DNA of 64,000 nucleotides from Minisyncoccota bacterium. GTDB lineage: Bacteria > Patescibacteriota > Minisyncoccia > UBA6257 > 2-01-FULL-56-20. Of this stretch, positions 41,870 to 52,874 are shown one piece after another (within the stretch, counting starts at the first letter, position 1; each line of letters begins with the position of its first letter). The DNA lies in NCBI GenBank assembly GCA_025449695.1, contig JANWIW010000027.1, positions 283 through 64,282 on the forward strand, in the 5' to 3' direction. The translations under genes were made by a program, and so were the position numbers. A model generated the notes under the pieces. That model saw only the letters and a list, made by a program, of their open reading frames with translations, was not told the DNA's origin and searched no databases.

Positions 41870-43093
41870 TTAGGAGGCCGAGGCGGGATAGATCATGTCC
41901 CAGATCGCGCCCGCCACGTTCCGCACCGGTCCTTCGAAGGGGAAATGATGGTTGCCGAGATGGGGGAGGCTATTCAATTCGATGACACCGCAGCGTTCCT
42001 GGTCCCGCCAGGAGCGAGAAATGTCCTCGATCATGAAATCGACGCCCACGATGTCGTCGTCCAGGTATTCGCCGATGTCCTCGAAGAGCTGAATCGTGTC
42101 CGGATGAACCTCCGGCGTGGCGTCCCTTGAGGTGCCGCCCACGCCCCAGTTCACTTTGAAGTGGAAGTAGACCACCCGGCCTTTCGCGGGGACGCTCTGG
42201 GGCGTGAGCTGCTGGCGCTCCAGCTCCGCGCGGCTGATCTTGGAATCCAAATTGATATCGGCGAACACCGGCCCGCGCCGTAGGGGGTTCACGTTTTCCC
42301 GTTCCACCAGCTCACGGATGCTCAACCTGCCGTCGCCCGTCACCTGCGGCGGGTCCCGCCTCAGAACGCCCGCCAGTTTGCGGTGGACCAGGGTGGCGCG
42401 GAAGACGGGACCGCGCAGTTCCTCTTCAACGATCACGAATGGGGATACGAGCCGCGCGTTTTCGAAGGCGGCCTTCAGTTTCTCCTCGGTATCTATATGC
42501 ACGGTAGTATGCCGTCCGCCGGAGCCCTCGTTCGGCTTCACGATAACCGGGGCCTCTAGCGAGCGGAAGAGCTTCTGCGCCTGCCCCCACGTACGGCACA
42601 ACCCTCCGTTCGCGACGGGGAAGCCGGCCTTGCGGAAACGCCTCTTCATTTCCGCCTTGTCGTCGATCCACATGAGGGACCTCTGCCAGTGAGTGAGTCG
42701 CGGCAATCCCTGGAACACCCACGGACGCCCGCCGTGGCGGGTGATGAAAAGGCTGCGCCGGAGGCCGAACGGCCGTATCTCATAGATCGCGATGCCCCTC
42801 TGTTCCGCCTCTCTCCACAGGGCAAGGGTCGTCTCAGAGGAGTTTGGGTCGAGCTCGTTCACGCGCATGGCGAGGCCCGCCTTCGCCATGCTGTTTAGAA
42901 AGAGGGGCCCGCCGAGATTCATGGCCCGGTCGGTGAGCGGCACCGCCCAGCTGATCAGGAAGCTGAAGGGACGGAAAAGGCGGCTGAAGACGAAGTCCAG
43001 CGCGAGCGAGGTGCGTTCCAGGCGGTGGTTCACCGGAGACATGCCGCACTCCTCGCAGGGAGCAACATTCAGCTCGGGGATTACGATCGCCAT
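41870..43093 (-). CDS. ATP-grasp ligase (cyanophycin synthetase N-terminal / GshF C-terminal-like)
   Basis: DDKAEMK, VIVKPNEGSGGR, PQVTGDG, ENVNPLR, GVDFMIEDI and IELNSLP motifs. Confidence 0.85.
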   Translation of the reverse strand: MAIVIPELNVAPCEECGMSPVNHRLERTSLALDFVFSRLFRPFSFLISWAVPLTDRAMNLGGPLFLNSMAKAGLAMRVNELDPNSSETTLALWREAEQRGIAIYEIRPFGLRRSLFITRHGGRPWVFQGLPRLTHWQRSLMWIDDKAEMKRRFRKAGFPVANGGLCRTWGQAQKLFRSLEAPVIVKPNEGSGGRHTTVHIDTEEKLKAAFENARLVSPFVIVEEELRGPVFRATLVHRKLAGVLRRDPPQVTGDGRLSIRELVERENVNPLRRGPVFADINLDSKISRAELERQQLTPQSVPAKGRVVYFHFKVNWGVGGTSRDATPEVHPDTIQLFEDIGEYLDDDIVGVDFMIEDISRSWRDQERCGVIELNSLPHLGNHHFPFEGPVRNVAGAIWDMIYPASAS

Positions 43094-43137
43094 GCCGAAA
43101 TTTTAACAGAAATAAGCACATGGCGGGAACGAAGGTT

Positions 43138-43390
43138 TGTCATCCCGAGCCCCTCGCCATACTCGGGGTAAACTCCGGCGAGGGACCTCTGAGCGATATC
43201 AAGGCATCATTGTTTGAGCGAGCGAAAAATGTGATTCGTGTCCGAGCCGGTTTATAAAGACTGACAAACTTCAGAAATACTTCTGCACTCAAAGCTTGCT
43301 ATAACATAGAGGTCCCTCGCCTGGGCTCGGGATGGCAGAGTGAGATCGCCGAAGTTAATCCCGTGTATGCCCGCAGGGCTCAAGATGACA
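43138..43390. repeat. REP doublet enclosing a unique AT-rich spacer, plus an extra arm
   Basis: tgtcatcccgagc...gcgagggacctct and agaggtccctcgc...gctcgggatggca. Confidence 0.8.
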
Positions 43391-43424
43391 GAGTTAGTTC
43401 ATTTGTATTACTATTGGCCTATCT

Positions 43425-44363
43425 ATGAAAGTATTGGTTTCCGGCCTGGTGGCCTTCGACAAGGTCCTGAACTTTCCCGGAGTGTTCTCGGACCATATCC
43501 TGCCGAACAAGGTTCACGACCTGAACGTGAGCTTCGTGACGGAGAACATGTCCGAGCATTTCGGGGGGACGGGCGGGAACATCGCCTATAACCTTGCCAC
43601 GCTCGGCCTCGACCCCGTCCTTGTCGCATCGGCCGGGAGCGACTTCCAGACCTACCAGTACTGGCTGGAGACGAAGGGAGTGGACCTCTCCCTCGTCCGG
43701 ATCATCCCTGACAAGGTCACGGCTTTCGTGACGGTCATGACCGACCGCAAGGACAACCAGATCGCGGCGGCTTACTACGGCGCGGCGGACGAGGCTTGCG
43801 CATGGGAAGACCAACACATTCCCAAGGTGCCCTTGGCCATCGTCTCGCCGGGGAACGCCGACGATATGCGCCGCTTCCCGGCGCTCTTCCGCAAGCGGAA
43901 GACGCCTTTCATCTTCGATCCCGGCCAGCAGATACCCGCCCTCTCCGCCGACGACTTGAGGTCCGGCATGGAAGGGGCCCGGGTGCTGATCGCGAACGAT
44001 TACGAGCTTTCACTGGTCATGGAGAAGACCGGCTGGACGGAGGAGGAGATATTGAAACATGCGCATATGCTCGTTACCACTTTCGGAGAGGAGGGCTCGC
44101 GGGTGCGCACGGCTGACCGCACCTTAGACATACCCGCCGTGCGGACGCCGGATGTGAAGGATCCTACTGGAGCGGGTGACGCATATCGGTCGGGGCTTAT
44201 CTACGGCATGCTGAAAGAATGGCCGCTTGATATCGCCGGGCGCTTTGGCAGCGTGATGGCCGCGTACGCCGTGGAGGGGGTAGGTCCCCAGTTCCACGAA
44301 GTTTCGCTCCACGCCGCCCGCGCCCGGTACGCACGGAGTTTTGGAAAAGAGTTGCCCTCATAA
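43425..44363 (+). CDS. PfkB-family kinase, probably adenosine/nucleoside kinase
   Basis: GGTGGNIAY, FDPGQQ, NDYE and DPTGAGDAY motifs; near ahcY. Confidence 0.88.
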   Translation: MKVLVSGLVAFDKVLNFPGVFSDHILPNKVHDLNVSFVTENMSEHFGGTGGNIAYNLATLGLDPVLVASAGSDFQTYQYWLETKGVDLSLVRIIPDKVTAFVTVMTDRKDNQIAAAYYGAADEACAWEDQHIPKVPLAIVSPGNADDMRRFPALFRKRKTPFIFDPGQQIPALSADDLRSGMEGARVLIANDYELSLVMEKTGWTEEEILKHAHMLVTTFGEEGSRVRTADRTLDIPAVRTPDVKDPTGAGDAYRSGLIYGMLKEWPLDIAGRFGSVMAAYAVEGVGPQFHEVSLHAARARYARSFGKELPS

Positions 44364-44408
44364 AAAGCAAAGGGGGCGCTCAGGGCGCCCCTATCTTGTC
44401 GTCGTTGC

Positions 44409-44585
44409 TCAGTCGGCAGCGAACTCGCTGAAGGCCATGACGTCGGCTGTCGGCAGCTTGGACTCGTGCCGGACTGTGGCGGTGACCTCCGTCAAGTTCG
44501 TTTTGCTGATCTCGTCTTCCCGGTCGATGACCAGGGTGCCGAAGCGGCCAGTCGGGGTCATGTAGGCGATAAGGTACTTATGCAT
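44409..44585 (-). CDS. Small orphan protein (58 aa, MHKYLIAYMTP...), absent from the ORF track
   Basis: SD GGGAGG, TTGACA upstream, hairpin at 44371-44391 downstream. Confidence 0.6.
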   Translation of the reverse strand: MHKYLIAYMTPTGRFGTLVIDREDEISKTNLTEVTATVRHESKLPTADVMAFSEFAAD

Positions 44586-44618
44586 AAGTCCTCCCTCATG
44601 CCTTTATGGCATGATTAG

Positions 44619-45962
<1,344 letters not shown>

Positions 45963-45964
45963 AT

Positions 45965-46028
45965 AGTTTTCAGTTGCAAGTTGTCAGTTGTTAGTGCATT
46001 CGGCTAAGAACTAAGAACTGTATCAGCT
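45965..46028. repeat. Inverted 7-mer tandem-repeat element
   Basis: AGTTGTY-like units, then ACTAAGA-like units between ahcY and gdh. Confidence 0.7.
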
Positions 46029-46029
46029 C

Positions 46030-47229
46030 ATGGATAACTTTAAAACCAGCTCCAAAGAAGGTTTCGGCAACGACGCGTTTGGCCCGGAGTACGTCGTGAA
46101 GGTATACGACCCCAAGCTGGACATGCAGGCATTCCTCGTGATCGACAATACCGTGATCGGGCTTGGCAAAGGCGGCATCCGCATGACCCCTACCGTGACC
46201 GAGGAAGAAGTACGGCGCCTGGCACGCGCCATGACCTGGAAGAACGCGCTCGCAGGGCTGCCCTTCGGCGGCGCCAAGGGCGGCATCGTTATGCCGAAGG
46301 AGGTGCTCCGGGACCGCGCACTCAAGAAAAAGTACGTGCAGTCTTTCGCTCGCGCCATCAAGCCCCTTTTGCTCGAGAAATACATTGCCGGTCCCGACGT
46401 GAACAACGGTGAGGCGGAGATGCAGTGGATCGCGGAAGCGGCGGGGGATTGGCGCGCCTCGACGGGCAAGCCCGTGAGCTACAAGCGCCGCGGCATGAAG
46501 AAGGGTTATTGGCGGGGCTTGCCGCACGAGCTGGGTTCCACCGGCTTCGGCGTCGCGCATTCGACCGCCGTCGCAGCCATGATGATAGGCCTGAACATCA
46601 AGGGCGCCCGCGTCGCCATCGAGGGTTTTGGCAACGTCGGTACGTTCGCGTTCAAGTTCCTGTCCGAGATGGGGGCCAAGGTGGTGGCCGTCGCTGACTC
46701 CAAAACCTGCGCGTACCTGCCGGCAGGCCTGGATTATAAGAAAGCGATGTCCGTGAAGAAGAAGACCGGTGCGGTCTCCGGATATCCCGGCGCGAAGGCG
46801 CTCCACCACGACGAGATATTCGGCCTGGAGGTCGACATCCTCATTCCCGCCGCAGTGACCGACGTCATCAACGATTCCAACAAGAACGATATCAGGGCGC
46901 GTCTTATCGTGGAGGGCGCAAACATCCCCATGCGCGAATCGATAGAGGACGAACTCTTCCGCCGCGGCATTTTCATAGTTCCCGACTTCGTGGCCAATGC
47001 GGGCGGGGTTATCTCCTCGTACGCCGAATACATGGGCTACGATCCCGAAACGATGTTCCGCATCGTGAAGCAAAAGATCATGAAGACTACGAAGGAAGTG
47101 GTCGAGCGGAGCCTCAAGGCCCGCAAGAACCCGCGCGTTACCGCAATCCGCCTGGCCATGGAGAAAGTGGCGAAGAAGGGAGGCGGCGTAGGCTTGTCCC
47201 GGCCTTTGAACCGGGATAGTAGGTCGTAG
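46030..47229 (+). CDS. Glu/Leu/Phe/Val dehydrogenase
   Basis: GKGGIR, GGAKGG, GFGNVG, EGAN and PDFVANAGGV motifs. Confidence 0.95.
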   Translation: MDNFKTSSKEGFGNDAFGPEYVVKVYDPKLDMQAFLVIDNTVIGLGKGGIRMTPTVTEEEVRRLARAMTWKNALAGLPFGGAKGGIVMPKEVLRDRALKKKYVQSFARAIKPLLLEKYIAGPDVNNGEAEMQWIAEAAGDWRASTGKPVSYKRRGMKKGYWRGLPHELGSTGFGVAHSTAVAAMMIGLNIKGARVAIEGFGNVGTFAFKFLSEMGAKVVAVADSKTCAYLPAGLDYKKAMSVKKKTGAVSGYPGAKALHHDEIFGLEVDILIPAAVTDVINDSNKNDIRARLIVEGANIPMRESIEDELFRRGIFIVPDFVANAGGVISSYAEYMGYDPETMFRIVKQKIMKTTKEVVERSLKARKNPRVTAIRLAMEKVAKKGGGVGLSRPLNRDSRS

Positions 47230-47253
47230 GATTTCCTTCACAGGCTCTCTTTT

Positions 47254-47433
47254 TCTGTCATCCCGAGCAGCGGCGAGGGACCTCTGTGCGAGCACAGCCT
47301 TTGAGTAGGGAACCTGTTTTTGGAGTTATCAAACTTGGTCAGCCGACTCGGACGCTAAGGACGTTCTCTGTATCATGGAACGTGAAGTATCGTTATTGCC
47401 GGGAGGTCCCTCGCCGCTGCTCGGGATGACAGA
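47254..47433. repeat. Perfect 31-bp inverted REP pair enclosing a 118-nt unique spacer
   Basis: tctgtcatcccgagcagcggcgagggacctc and its exact reverse complement. Confidence 0.9.
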
Positions 47434-47479
47434 TTATATTACCCTACAACCTGTTAGCTAAAAGCGGTAAGCTATACGC

Positions 47480-47962
47480 ATGCGTTACGGGCATCTGATC
47501 GCCGTCATTCTTTTCGTGCTATGCGCGGCAGTGTTTGCCTTACTCTTCGTCACCCGGCCGCTATCCGGCCGCATTGGTGTCGCCGCGCCGCGCCCCAACC
47601 CCGGCGGCCAGGCCGCGACCGCCACCACTTCCGCAGGCCTCTTCTACACCGAGCCCCAGAGCTCGGAGATAAGGAACGTCATGTATACCGACAAGGGTTT
47701 TACCCCGCTCGCACTCACTGTGCCGGCCGGCACCACGGTGGTATTCCAAAACCGTTCCAGCCAGCCCTTTTGGCCCGCCTCCACGTCCACCGCCATCTAT
47801 CCCGACTACCCTGCGAAGGGCTCTTGCGGTGCCACCGCCTTCAATGCCTGCAGCGCCCTGCCTACCAATATGAGCTGGGCCTTCAAATTTGACACAATAG
47901 GAATATGGGCGTATGATGACATCCTAAATACAGGGCATACGGGCGTTATCATAGTCAAGTAA
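47480..47962 (+). CDS. Membrane-anchored cupredoxin-like protein
   Basis: GFTP..LTVPAGTTVVFQN, W.FKFD..G.W.Y and GVIIVK pattern. Confidence 0.75.
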   Translation: MRYGHLIAVILFVLCAAVFALLFVTRPLSGRIGVAAPRPNPGGQAATATTSAGLFYTEPQSSEIRNVMYTDKGFTPLALTVPAGTTVVFQNRSSQPFWPASTSTAIYPDYPAKGSCGATAFNACSALPTNMSWAFKFDTIGIWAYDDILNTGHTGVIIVK

Positions 47963-48039
47963 CCAGCCCGTTTTACCTAGGTTTTTCAGCCCTTCCGCCT
48001 CACCGTTTCTTCACCACAGAATGATAATCTCCTAAAACC

Positions 48040-48684
48040 ATGAAATACGCATCCGTCATCATTGGTGTTATCGTCCTCATTATTGTCCTTGGGGTGGTCT
48101 TCGCGGTCATGCCGAAGAACAATGCAGGCGTGGCATATAATACGTATCCCATCTATTCGGCGGGCCTGCCGGAGAACATCCCCGTGCGGAGCTATAACCT
48201 CCAGCCGGTCAACTACCAGGCTTCCGCGCTCGGTACCTACCAATCCGGCTATCAGCCCTACCAAGCCTCATATGGCTACCGTCCCTACCAGGCATCCGTC
48301 ATCAACGCCGTCCCGGTTTCGACCGGCGGGATCGTGACCAACATGGCGGTGAATGCCCCCGCGGCGGGCACCATAGTCGCGGCAGGCTATCCGTATCCCG
48401 GCAACACTTATGGCACGGTCCCGGCGGTGCCGGTCGTACCCGTCGTCTGGTACACCGCCCCGAGCGGCCCGTACACCATCTCCGTTCCCGCTTCCACGTA
48501 TTACTCCGCACAGTCGGGCGTGTACGCCAATCCTTCGTACAATTACTCTTCCCAGTACAGTACGGTTATCCCCGGCAACACCACGGTCACCCCGGGTGGG
48601 ACCAACGTATATAACTACAATACTCCCGGCTATTCGAACGGCATGCCCATCTATCAGACTGGCAACGGCCAGTGGTATCAGTAA
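48040..48684 (+). CDS. Membrane-anchored low-complexity Tyr/Pro/Thr/Asn-rich protein
   Basis: N-terminal TM segment; YQAS/YQPY repeats. Confidence 0.7.
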   Translation: MKYASVIIGVIVLIIVLGVVFAVMPKNNAGVAYNTYPIYSAGLPENIPVRSYNLQPVNYQASALGTYQSGYQPYQASYGYRPYQASVINAVPVSTGGIVTNMAVNAPAAGTIVAAGYPYPGNTYGTVPAVPVVPVVWYTAPSGPYTISVPASTYYSAQSGVYANPSYNYSSQYSTVIPGNTTVTPGGTNVYNYNTPGYSNGMPIYQTGNGQWYQ

Positions 48685-48888
48685 ACGACATCGCATGAAA
48701 GGAAAACGCCCCGATGGGGCGTTTTCCTTTTGAGATACCCGTTAAGATCGCTTCGCGATACCCACGGACTGGACTCGAAGAGTTTCGCTCCCACGTAAAA
48801 CAAAAATCCCTGTTGGAAGGGATTTTGCCACATGGCGCTAGAAATGCTGGCCGCGCCGCGTGATGCGGCTCGTCCGCATTTTACGCGG

Positions 48889-48970
48889 TGCCCGGGGTGG
48901 GAGTCGAACCCACACGCCTTACGGCATTCGATCTTAAGTCGAACGCGGCTGCCAGTTACGCCACCCGGGC
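48889..48970 (-). tRNA. tRNA-Leu(TAA)
   Basis: GCCCGGG acceptor stem, anticodon loop CTTAAGA, variable arm, GGTTCGACTCC. Confidence 0.96.
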
Positions 48971-49019
48971 AAAAACAGCTTTCAGCTTATAGCTTAAAGC
49001 TGTCAGTTTCAATCACATG

Positions 49020-49092
49020 AGGCGCAGGAGGGATTCGCACCCTCGCATAGCGGTTTTGCAGACCGCCGCGTTTACTTCTTCGCCACTGCGCC
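49020..49092 (-). tRNA. tRNA-Cys(GCA)
   Basis: GGCGCAG/CTGCGCC acceptor stem, loop CTGCAAA, U73; T-loop reads TGCGAAT. Confidence 0.93.
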
Positions 49093-49126
49093 AATTCGGC
49101 AATTGTACTGCGGCAGACGTACTTTT

Positions 49127-49480
49127 TCAATTCGCTCCTTCGTCCTCGGGTGCGGGATGATCGAGCAGTTTCTTTTCCACGCGCGCCGCGTTCTCCGGCC
49201 CATGGTCCGGGAAGAAGTCGATCCGGGGCATAGGCCGGATGTTCAGTTTGTGGTTCAGGAGGCGCTGGAGCTGTCCCTGCGAGCGCTTGAGAACGGCCAT
49301 GGTCTCATCCGCCTTCTCGGAAGGGAAGACGGTCACGCCCACTTTGGCGAGCTCCAGCTTCTTGTTCACTTCCACGTCGGTCAGGGTGACCAAGGTGTCC
49401 GGGAACTCAAGCTCCCGCACGATAAGGAGGGAAAGTTCCTCCCGGATGAGGCTTGCAACGCGTTCGGGCCGGTGGTTCAT
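49127..49480 (-). CDS. rbfA: Ribosome-binding factor A
   Basis: RPERVASLIREELS, LVTLTDVEV and RPMPRIDF motifs; downstream of infB. Confidence 0.95.
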   Translation of the reverse strand: MNHRPERVASLIREELSLLIVRELEFPDTLVTLTDVEVNKKLELAKVGVTVFPSEKADETMAVLKRSQGQLQRLLNHKLNIRPMPRIDFFPDHGPENAARVEKKLLDHPAPEDEGAN

Positions 49481-49493
49481 TGGATAGTTTGAG

Positions 49494-49560
49494 CGTTCAA
49501 ATCGTTCTATCCGTTGTATCGTTCGCCTAGAACGGATTGAACGGTGAGAACGATTACAAC
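49494..49560. repeat. Inverted 9-mer tandem-repeat element (empty form) between infB and rbfA
   Basis: cgttcaaat cgttctatc cgttgtat cgttc then gcctagaac ggattgaac ggtgagaac gattacaac. Confidence 0.85.
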
Positions 49561-51086
49561 TTCTTCTCTTCGTCGAACACTAATAGATGGTCGCCTTTCT
49601 CGATCGTGATGGAGGCGCCGGCAAGCACGCCGCATTCGTAGCCCTCCGGCACGGAGGAAGTATCTTTCTTCTGGGCCTGGAGGTTCGTGACCCGGCCCTG
49701 GCCCACGATCTTGCCTTCGCCCTTGCCCTCCGCGCCTTCACTGCGTCCGTCCGAAGCCTGGGACGAAGAGGGAGCAGGGGAGAAGCGCATTATCTGGAAC
49801 GGAGCCTTCTTGAAGTTTCCGGAGACAACCCGGCCGCCCACCACCTGTTTGTCCAGCTTGGCCGAATTGAAGACCGCGAGGATCTCGAGCACTCCGGACG
49901 GGCCCGCGACCTGGAGCTCCTTCAGCTTCTTCTCGACCGCGATGATCAGGTCGTAAACGATGTCCGAACTCACGACCTCCGTGCCTTGAGCCTGGGCGAG
50001 GTTCCTGGCGGCCTTGTCCACGTTGCTCTTGAAGGCGACGATGAGGGCCTTGCCGGACACTGCGAGCTTCACGTCGTTCTCGCCCACATCTCCCACCCCT
50101 TCGGCAAGGAGCACGAGAGGCTGTTCCGCGCCGAGGGCATGCAATATCTGGGAGAGTACCTCCAGAGAACCCGCATCACCCGCCTTCAGGATGAGGTTCA
50201 GGGCATCTCCTTTGAGGGTAGGCATCTCCGCGCCGGCCACGGCGGTCTTGATCTGGGCGGTCTTGGCCTTCTCGCCGGTCGTGAAGGTCTCGCCCACCTG
50301 GGGCAGGGACTCCAGGCCGACGACGAGCGCCGGCGCGCCGGCCGGGACCTCGTTTGCCGCTTTGCCTAAGAAGTTCTCCAGCATCTTCGCCTTGCCTTTC
50401 GCGGTCGGGGTGGCGATGTCGTCGCCCCGGCGCAAGGTGCCCTCGCGCACGATGAGCGAGGCTTCCATGCCGCGGTTCTTGTTGGTGCGCGTCTCGAGGA
50501 TGAAGCCTTCCGCAGGAAGCGAGGGGTCGTAGCGCAGTTCCTCGAGTTCCGCCGCGAGGATCAGGAGGTCCAGCAGCTCGTTCACGCCCTCGCCGGTCTT
50601 CGAGGACACCGGCTGGTAGCTCGTGGAGCCGCCGTAACCCTCCAGGTAAACGCCGTTCGCGAGAAGGTCGTTCTTGACCCGGTCCACGTCCGCGCTCGGC
50701 TTGTCGATCTTCGTGAGAGCGACCACATAGGGCGTCTTGGCCTGCTCCAGGATCTGGATGGCTTCCTTGGTCTGCGGCTTCACCCCTTCTTCCGCAGCGA
50801 CCACGAGTACGGCCAGGTCGGCTGCGTCCGCTCCGCGGGAACGCATCTTGGTGAAGGCCTCGTGGCCGGGGGTATCTATGAAGGTAAGTTTCTTTGCCTG
50901 TGTTGAGCCCGTCGAAACGTGTTCGATCTCGTAAGCGCCGATGGCCTGGGTGATGCCGCCCGCTTCGCGTCCGGCGACGTTCGCCTTGCGGATGTAATCG
51001 AGGAGGGAGGTCTTGCCGTGGTCCACGTGGCCCATAACCACGATGACCGGCTGGCGCTCCTTCAAATTGTTGGGTTTGTCGGCCAT
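49554..51086 (-). CDS. infB: Translation initiation factor IF-2 (short form)
   Basis: [28 protein letters not shown] and ECG motifs. Confidence 0.97.
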   Translation of the reverse strand: MADKPNNLKERQPVIVVMGHVDHGKTSLLDYIRKANVAGREAGGITQAIGAYEIEHVSTGSTQAKKLTFIDTPGHEAFTKMRSRGADAADLAVLVVAAEEGVKPQTKEAIQILEQAKTPYVVALTKIDKPSADVDRVKNDLLANGVYLEGYGGSTSYQPVSSKTGEGVNELLDLLILAAELEELRYDPSLPAEGFILETRTNKNRGMEASLIVREGTLRRGDDIATPTAKGKAKMLENFLGKAANEVPAGAPALVVGLESLPQVGETFTTGEKAKTAQIKTAVAGAEMPTLKGDALNLILKAGDAGSLEVLSQILHALGAEQPLVLLAEGVGDVGENDVKLAVSGKALIVAFKSNVDKAARNLAQAQGTEVVSSDIVYDLIIAVEKKLKELQVAGPSGVLEILAVFNSAKLDKQVVGGRVVSGNFKKAPFQIMRFSPAPSSSQASDGRSEGAEGKGEGKIVGQGRVTNLQAQKKDTSSVPEGYECGVLAGASITIEKGDHLLVFDEEKKL

Positions 51087-51145
51087 GTTAGCCCGCCCAT
51101 GATATCAAAAGAACGGCATTCCGTCGAATTTGGCTGTCCGGGACC

Positions 51146-51228
51146 TGTCATCCCGGCCTTGAGCCGGGATCCAGGATAACAGGGAAATACTGGATTCCGG
51201 ATAGCCCTGCTGGGCTTCCGGAATGACA
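51146..51228. repeat. REP doublet
   Basis: tgtcatcccggccttgagccgggatccag ... ctggattccggatagccctgctgggcttccggaatgaca. Confidence 0.85.
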
Positions 51229-51271
51229 AGCGGGCCTATTCGCTTTGTTTTCCGGATAGTATCCGTTCGAT

Positions 51272-51371
51272 TTGACACGCTTCTACATTTGGCGTTGAAT
51301 AAGCAATCGTCCCTTGATAAGCAGGTCCGGAAAACCCAAGGGCAGCTATCTGCGCTTGGGTTTTCCGGACC
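51272..51371 (+). promoter_or_regulatory. Promoter + boxA-like motif + 17-bp leader hairpin
   Basis: TTGACA-17-TTGAAT, GTCCCTTGATAA, perfect stem at 51324-51371. Confidence 0.7.
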
Positions 51372-51417
51372 GAACGCCGAATGCATCCTAACGATGTTGA
51401 AACCTGTGGAGGGACCG

Positions 51418-51801
51418 ATGAACAAGAACATTCGAGACGATATCACCGTGCTCACCGACCTGGACGACACGGATTACGACCGCATGATAACGCGGTTATA
51501 CATCATGCTGACCGAAACTCCGCCGTCCAAGCTCGTGCTCGACGTCACCGCAATGCGTAGCGCCAGTAATGCCGTGGCAAGCACGATCTGGCTGCGTTGG
51601 ACCATGGTGAACCAGAACCGCGTGCTCGCGGTCGTAGTCACCAGGGAGCAGCGTACGCGCCTGGCAGCGAACCGCGTGGCCGAGCTCCTCAACACTTTCG
51701 ACGACGTTGAGGCGGCTGTCGCGGCTGTCACCGCGGGCACGGTGCCTCCGGTGACCGATTCCGTCGAACCACAACAGGTTCAAGAGGAGGTTGTGTCATG
51801 A
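51418..51801 (+). CDS. STAS-like (anti-anti-sigma fold) protein
   Basis: LVLDVTAMR and C-terminal FDDVEAAV patterns; SD GGAGG. Confidence 0.65.
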   Translation: MNKNIRDDITVLTDLDDTDYDRMITRLYIMLTETPPSKLVLDVTAMRSASNAVASTIWLRWTMVNQNRVLAVVVTREQRTRLAANRVAELLNTFDDVEAAVAAVTAGTVPPVTDSVEPQQVQEEVVS

Positions 51802-52142
51802 AGACCTATGTGGAGCAGAGCGTCCTGGTCGTGGTCCTTGGTGACGGCGACTACGACGACTGGGACCGCACCATCGCCGCCCTCGAGCCGGCCTGTCTGG
51901 TCGTGCTCGATCTCCGGAGTAATCTGGATCCCGGAGAGTCGGTGCGGAGAGCGGTGTCGGCACAGCGGCACGTCCAGGCCCACCACGGTGCTATTGCCGT
52001 CGTCCTGTCACCGCAGCTCAGCCTCGACTTCGAAGCCGATCCGAGACTGGCTTCCAATTTCGCTTCGTACCCGGGCGTCGGCAGGGCGGTGGACGCGCTC
52101 CTCAACGGCGAGGTGCCGCAAGCCATGGCGGTGACAGTATGA
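51798..52142 (+). CDS. Second STAS-like protein
   Basis: VVVLGD, VVLDLR and YPGVGRAVDAL patterns; ATGA overlap; SD GAGGAGG. Confidence 0.6.
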   Translation: MKTYVEQSVLVVVLGDGDYDDWDRTIAALEPACLVVLDLRSNLDPGESVRRAVSAQRHVQAHHGAIAVVLSPQLSLDFEADPRLASNFASYPGVGRAVDALLNGEVPQAMAVTV

Positions 52143-52474
52143 ACCGCCACCCTTGCCGCAGAAGACCGCGGGCGTGTCATGGCTGTGATGGGAGCGACGA
52201 CACATCGGCGTACAAGGGCAACTGCGCGTGCCCGCAGCGGCGGATTCAGAACGCGCAGATCGAATGACGAGCGACGGGAAACCGTCGCTTCGTTCGTTTT
52301 TAGGAATTCCTTTATCCAATTCTTCCAGTGCCCAGAGACTTTTTTCTAGCTCGGCTGGACGATGATCCAATGCGCCCATCCCCCTCGCATTCCTTGAAGT
52401 CCGTAGGCGCCTTGGAGCTTGAGAATCGGGACCGAATGGAATAAACTTACGCCGCGAGGCAATTACCTCAACCT

Positions 52475-52535
52475 TGTCATTCCCGCGCAGCGCCCTTCCG
52501 TAGCCTTGCGCGGAGGAGGGAAGGCGGGAATCCAG
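52475..52535. repeat. TGTCATTCCCGCG..GCGGGAATCCAG REP with a nested second-family REP
   Basis: Palindromic arms around cccttccgtagccttgcgcggaggaggg. Confidence 0.75.
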
Positions 52536-52653
52536 TAAGTCGAGATGCGCAGGTAGCTGAGCGCCAGGATTTTTTGGGACCCGCCAGTCCTTACAAATTC
52601 CACTCCCTTTAGGGATGGCCGACGGTGTCAGTAGTTGAAAACGCTAACAATAC

Positions 52654-52742
52654 GGAGAGGTGGCTGAGTGGTCGAAAGCGGCTCCTTGCTAAGGAGTTAG
52701 AGGGGTTAAACCCTCTCGTGGGTTCGAATCCCACCCTCTCCG
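52654..52742 (+). tRNA. tRNA-Ser(GCT)
   Basis: GGAGAGG/CCTCTCC acceptor stem, loop TTGCTAA, long variable arm, GGTTCGAATCC. Confidence 0.97.
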
Positions 52743-52874
52743 CCTTCGCCCGACGTAGCTTTAGCGAAGTCGGGATTCGCTAAAGCCGTCGGGCTTCGGC
52801 GGACGCAGTCCGCTCTAAAGGACAGCTTCGCCGAACTTTATAAATAGCTGATAAAGCACCTTTAGCATAAGGAT

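Noticed and set aside
41870-43093. Full cyanophycin synthetase cphA
   Set aside because: Only about 400 aa with no Mur-ligase domain and no cyanophycinase nearby.
52143-52440. ORF 52008-52379(-) as a real gene
   Set aside because: Overlaps a better-supported plus-strand gene and has no recognisable motif; it could be a remnant but cannot be supported.
52540-52650. Possible riboswitch upstream of tRNA-Ser(GCT)
   Set aside because: A small hairpin is present, but I could not match it to any known riboswitch consensus.
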